Shown one piece after another: positions 59,846 to 64,000 of a DNA stretch of 64,000 nucleotides. A program made the translations under genes and the position numbers. Every line of letters starts with the position of its first letter. The first letter of the stretch is position 1. The stretch is from Actinomycetota bacterium (GTDB lineage: Bacteria; Actinomycetota; Actinomycetes; Nanopelagicales; Nanopelagicaceae). A model generated the notes under the pieces. The model did no database searches. It had not been told where the DNA came from and saw only the letters and a program-made list of their open reading frames with translations. The stretch is taken from positions 133,704 to 197,703 of the forward strand of contig JACSDF010000003.1 in the NCBI GenBank assembly GCA_015660815.1, given 5' to 3'.

Positions 59846-61069
59846 TTACGCGGTAACTCGAACACCTTTACCCACAACGATTATCCCACCTGGACTAATA
59901 GTAAAACGTTGGCGATCGCGTTCTAAATCAACGCCGATTTGTGCACCTGGTTCGACATATACATTCTTATCAAGAATTGCTTTTCGAACTATCGCCCTAT
60001 CTCCGATATGCACGGAGGGCATCAAAACGGAGCCTTCAATAAGTGAGCCTCGCCCTACGGCTACATCGTAGGAAACAACTGAGTTGTGCAGAATTCCGCC
60101 TGAAATAATCGAGCCAGCGCCGACGATTGAATCATGCGCAGCGCCGCCTTCACTAAATTTTGCAGGCGGCAATGAAGGTGGATTTGTTAACAGTGGCCAG
60201 TCACGGTTGTAGAGATTAAAGATTGGATGAACAGACACTAGATCCATATGTGCATCGTAATAAGCATCAATTGATCCAACATCGCGCCAATAGCCTTTAT
60301 CTCGCTCGGTTTCACCTGGCACTACGTTATGCGCAAAATCGTAGACTTTAGCGACACCATTTTTTGTAAGATATGGAATTATGTTTGCACCTAAGTCATG
60401 ACGCGACTCAATATCTTGCGCATCGATTAAAAGTGTTTCCTCCATGACATCGCGTTTAAAAATGTAATTGCCCATCGAAACAAGGCATAAATCGGGATGT
60501 CCGGGCATGGCTGGTGGATCTGATGGTTTTTCATGAAAGGCCTTTATGGTTATTCCATCTTCTGCTAATTCAATAACGCCAAACTCATGGGCCTCTGATC
60601 GAGGCATTCGAATAGCTGCAACGGTTACGCCCGCGCCAGATTCCACATGCTGTTCAAACATCTGACCTGGATCCATTCGATACACGTGGTCTGCACCAAA
60701 AACTAAAACATGCTTCGGATCTTCATCGTGAATCAAATTGAAGTTTTGCAAAATCGCATCGGCACTACCTGTATACCAGCGCGGACCCAACCGTTGCTGA
60801 GCTGGTACGGGAGTGACGTAATTGCTAAGTAAAGCCGACATGCGCCACGTCGTGGTGATATGTCTATCAAGTGAGTGAGATTTGTACTGAGTTAATACTG
60901 CAATTTTTAACATATTGGCATTAACTAAATTTGATAAAACAAAGTCAATCAACCTATAAGAGCCACCAAATGGAACAGCGGGTTTAGCTCGGTCCGCGGT
61001 GAGCGGCATTAAACGCTTGCCTTCACCACCAGCAAGGACAATACCGAGTGGTAGTTTCAGGTTTGCCAT
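59846..61069 (-). CDS. glgC: Glucose-1-phosphate adenylyltransferase
   Basis: [36 protein letters not shown]. Confidence 0.96.
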   Translation of the reverse strand: MANLKLPLGIVLAGGEGKRLMPLTADRAKPAVPFGGSYRLIDFVLSNLVNANMLKIAVLTQYKSHSLDRHITTTWRMSALLSNYVTPVPAQQRLGPRWYTGSADAILQNFNLIHDEDPKHVLVFGADHVYRMDPGQMFEQHVESGAGVTVAAIRMPRSEAHEFGVIELAEDGITIKAFHEKPSDPPAMPGHPDLCLVSMGNYIFKRDVMEETLLIDAQDIESRHDLGANIIPYLTKNGVAKVYDFAHNVVPGETERDKGYWRDVGSIDAYYDAHMDLVSVHPIFNLYNRDWPLLTNPPSLPPAKFSEGGAAHDSIVGAGSIISGGILHNSVVSYDVAVGRGSLIEGSVLMPSVHIGDRAIVRKAILDKNVYVEPGAQIGVDLERDRQRFTISPGGIIVVGKGVRVTA

Positions 61070-61115
61070 GCGCTAACGATAGCCTGTGCCCCTTAGCCAG
61101 GGTAGGGGGAATGCG

Positions 61116-62276
61116 ATGAACAGATTGAAAATTGCAATCATTACTAAAGAGTGGCCCCCTGCTATTTATGGTGGTGCCGGCGTACATGTTGTAGAGCTCA
61201 CCCAAGCAATTCGCGCAGCAGATGGAACCACTGTTGACGTTCACTGCTTTGGCGGTCCACGTGAGGATGCTTTTGGATACGCAACCCCTTCAGAATTTAA
61301 CGATGCAAACCCTGCCGTTCAAGCTCTGGCCACCGATCTTGAGATTGCATCTCACTTAGATGGAATCGATGTTGTGCACTCACATACGTGGTACGCCAAT
61401 ATGGCCGGGCATATTGGCGCATTGCAGTACAAAATTCCACATATTGTCAGCGCTCATTCACTGGAACCATTACGACCTTGGAAGAGTGAGCAGCTGGGGG
61501 GCGGATATGCAATCTCTTCTTGGGCTGAAAAAACTGCATTTGAAGCGGCGGCTGCAATTATTGCGGTGAGTGATGGAATGCGCGCCGATGTGCTGGCCGC
61601 TTATCCGACAATTGATCCGCAAAAAGTTGTCACGATTCGAAATGGTGTTGATACAACAAGATTCTCGCCAAATCACGATAGTTCAGTGGCCGCGAAATTC
61701 GGCGTGACTGGCGCATACGCAATTTTCGTAGGTCGTATCACCCGCCAAAAGGGTTTGGCACATCTTTTGCGCGCTTGGAAAGAAGTTCCTGAAGAGTACG
61801 GATTGGTTTTGGCAGCGGGAAGTCCCGATGAAGCTGGAATCGGAAATGAAGTCGCTGAGTTGATCGCCGAACTACAAAAAACTCGTTCAAATGTTTGGTG
61901 GATCAAAGATATGTTGCCCCATAAAGAATTAACGGCAATGTTAACTGGCGCTGAACTCTTTATCTGCCCTTCGGTTTATGAACCACTTGGAATCGTGAAC
62001 TTAGAGGCGATGGCATGTGAAACGGCCGTCCTTGCATCTCGTGTTGGTGGAATCCCTGAAGTTGTTGAGCACACAGTGACCGGAGAGCTCGTTGATTACA
62101 ATGGTGATGCCGTGCCATTCGAAAAATCTCTTACCGAATCAATTACTCGTTTGATGTCGCAACCAGAACTTCTTGAAAAGTATGGGGCAGCCGGGCGCAT
62201 GCGTACCGTAACTGAGTTTGGCTGGGATGAAGTCGCGGCCGCGACAATCGCCCTTTATCGCCGTGTGATTGCTTAA
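61116..62276 (+). CDS. glgA: GT4 glycosyltransferase, actinobacterial GlgA/GlgM (maltose-1-phosphate synthase) type
   Basis: TKEWPP.IYGGAGVHV, HSHTWY, HSLEPLRPWK.EQLGGGY, GRITRQKG, YEPLGIVNLEAM; start uncertain (61086-61125). Confidence 0.9.
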   Translation: MNRLKIAIITKEWPPAIYGGAGVHVVELTQAIRAADGTTVDVHCFGGPREDAFGYATPSEFNDANPAVQALATDLEIASHLDGIDVVHSHTWYANMAGHIGALQYKIPHIVSAHSLEPLRPWKSEQLGGGYAISSWAEKTAFEAAAAIIAVSDGMRADVLAAYPTIDPQKVVTIRNGVDTTRFSPNHDSSVAAKFGVTGAYAIFVGRITRQKGLAHLLRAWKEVPEEYGLVLAAGSPDEAGIGNEVAELIAELQKTRSNVWWIKDMLPHKELTAMLTGAELFICPSVYEPLGIVNLEAMACETAVLASRVGGIPEVVEHTVTGELVDYNGDAVPFEKSLTESITRLMSQPELLEKYGAAGRMRTVTEFGWDEVAAATIALYRRVIA

Positions 62277-63158
62277 ATGAGTCGTAAATCCTGGATTCAA
62301 TTTGGCATAGTCGGCTTCCTATGGGGAATCCCCTATTTATTAATGAAGGTCGCGGTAGAAGACATTCCGCCAGCCTTAATTGTCGCCGGTCGAACACTTA
62401 TTGGCGCAGCGATATTAATTCCCATTGCAGTTTTTAATAAAACTTTTATGGATGCAGTGCGCGGAATTAAATATGTTTTGCCATATGCATTTCTTGAAAT
62501 GGTAGGACCCTGGATTCTCATTACAAGTGCTGAAAAAGAGATCTCATCAGGATTGGCTGGACTTCTCGTTGCCACTGTCCCGATTTTTGCCACGATTTTC
62601 ACATCGATGCGCGGTGATCATTCAGTATGGCAACCCAAACGTATCTTCGGTTTAGTCGTTGGATTCATTGGAATAATTGCACTCGTCGGAATCGAATCAA
62701 TTACTGGAAGCAGTAATCCAAAGGCCATCGCAATGGTCATTCTGGCATCAATTCTTTATGCATATGCCGTATTAATGGTTACATCCAATCTTCCCGGTGT
62801 TGATGGCGTGGCTATAAATGGCTTGGCAATGGCGATCACCGCTCTCTTCTACATGCCAATTGCCATCGTTGTTTGGCCAAGTAATCCAGTCTCATTCAAT
62901 GCCATTGCATCCCTGATTGCACTTGGCGTCTTTTCCACCGCAATTGCCTTCATGCTCTTCTTCATAGTGATCGCCGAAATTGGACCTGCTCGCGGCTCAC
63001 TTACAACCTATGTAAATACTGCAGTTGCCGTTGTTCTCGGGATCATTATTTTGAATGAGCCAATAACTCTCGGAATTATTGTTGGTCTGCCGCTGGTCTT
63101 GCTCGGCTCTTTCTTAGCTAGTCGCAAATCCAAACTAGTGGTTATCGCCGAAGCCTAA
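62277..63158 (+). CDS. DMT/EamA-family transporter
   Basis: WGIPYLLMK, two EamA repeats, TYVN. Confidence 0.9.
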   Translation: MSRKSWIQFGIVGFLWGIPYLLMKVAVEDIPPALIVAGRTLIGAAILIPIAVFNKTFMDAVRGIKYVLPYAFLEMVGPWILITSAEKEISSGLAGLLVATVPIFATIFTSMRGDHSVWQPKRIFGLVVGFIGIIALVGIESITGSSNPKAIAMVILASILYAYAVLMVTSNLPGVDGVAINGLAMAITALFYMPIAIVVWPSNPVSFNAIASLIALGVFSTAIAFMLFFIVIAEIGPARGSLTTYVNTAVAVVLGIIILNEPITLGIIVGLPLVLLGSFLASRKSKLVVIAEA

Positions 63159-64000
63159 ACGCTCGAGAAGTCTTGGATCGCGCTGCCACTCTTTTGAAAC
63201 TTTAATATGTAATCCTAAGAAAATCTTGGCCTCCAGTGCACGTTCGATATCTGCCCGTGCGCGAATGCCTATCTCTTTTAGTCGGACGCCTTGATGACCC
63301 AGCAAAATGGCGCGCTGTGTATCTCGCTCAACATGAATCGTTGCATGAACGTCATAGAAGGGTCGCGAACCTTTTTCTTCTCGCTCGCCAAACTCATCAA
63401 TTGTCACCATGATCGAATGCGGAAGTTCTTCGCGCACATCTTGCAAAGCGGCTTCACGGATAAATTCACAGATTAACTGTTCGATAGCTTGATCACTCGT
63501 TGTTCCCGCTGGGTAATATGCTGGACCCTCTGGAAGGTTATCTCCAATAAGTGTGTTTAATAAATCAATTTGATTATGAATTGCAGCCGATACCGGAATG
63601 ATTTCATCCCACACAAAACCCTTAGCTAGGTCCATGATTCCCACAAGGCGAAGCGCTAACTTTTCCTTAGAAATCAAATCAGTTTTAGTGATGACGGCAA
63701 ATTTTTTAGCTCGTGGATGTTTTGCAATCTCAGCAGAGATAAATAAATCACCAGCACCTGAAGTCTCATCGGCTGGAATACACATAATGACGATATCAAC
63801 TGAGTCCATGCTCTGATCTACAACAGCATTGAGACGATGCCCTAACAGCGTTTTAGGCTTATGAACTCCGGGGGTATCCACCAATACGGCTTGAAAATCT
63901 GAACCATGGACGATGCCTCGAATTGCGCTTCGAGTCGTATTGGGGTGATGCGATGTAATTGCAATCTTGCTACCGACTAAAGCGTTAATAAGCGTAGATT
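63135..64000 (-). CDS. era: GTPase Era (N-terminus outside window)
   Basis: Frame continues to the window edge: STLINALVGSKIAITSHHPNTTR, DTPG, TKTD, SA, KH domain ILLGHQG. Confidence 0.95.
   Translation of the reverse strand, partial: STLINALVGSKIAITSHHPNTTRSAIRGIVHGSDFQAVLVDTPGVHKPKTLLGHRLNAVVDQSMDSVDIVIMCIPADETSGAGDLFISAEIAKHPRAKKFAVITKTDLISKEKLALRLVGIMDLAKGFVWDEIIPVSAAIHNQIDLLNTLIGDNLPEGPAYYPAGTTSDQAIEQLICEFIREAALQDVREELPHSIMVTIDEFGEREEKGSRPFYDVHATIHVERDTQRAILLGHQGVRLKEIGIRARADIERALEAKIFLGLHIKVSKEWQRDPRLLERLGFGDNH

Noticed and set aside
1-64000. tRNA, rRNA, prophage, integrase/transposase, defence systems
   Set aside because: None recognisable; all intergenic regions are short and accounted for, and the many remaining short ORFs are antisense or alternative-frame shadows of housekeeping genes

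Overview
Densely packed chromosomal segment of a genome-streamlined actinobacterium. Gene content, tiny intergenic spacers and a moderate GC content judged by eye suggest freshwater acI / Ca. Nanopelagicales; this is an inference. Left to right: hisC (partial)-hisD, dnaE1, rluA-lspA-dksA-like, ileS with a translational T-box, the full dcw cluster (mraZ to yggT, no divIVA at its usual site) with MraZ boxes and an mraW RNA, a LexA-boxed DUF6504-dnaE2-dinB mutagenesis cassette lacking imuA/imuB, an accessory block (DoxX, MFS, STAS-less SulP, Fe-ADH, YbaK, MMPL/TetR), carotenoid genes (crtA-like, cruF, cruG-like GT2, crtD-like, crtE, crtI, crtB, crtYc/Yd), a riboswitch-led pnuC-kinase operon, a PASTA Ser/Thr kinase, nfo, ltaE, ogt, class II DAHP synthase, pfk, xylB, glgC/glgA(glgM) and era (partial). 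I saw no tRNA, rRNA, CRISPR array or mobile element. Best candidates for novelty: (1) a TPP-class riboswitch whose pyrophosphate-sensing pocket appears collapsed, leading a pnuC + P-loop kinase operon (possible thiamine-sensing uptake/phosphorylation system); (2) a variant mutasome with a stand-alone ImuB-C-like adaptor and a catalytically intact DinB; (3) repeated back-to-back -10 elements sharing one TA dinucleotide that serve divergent, often leaderless, genes.
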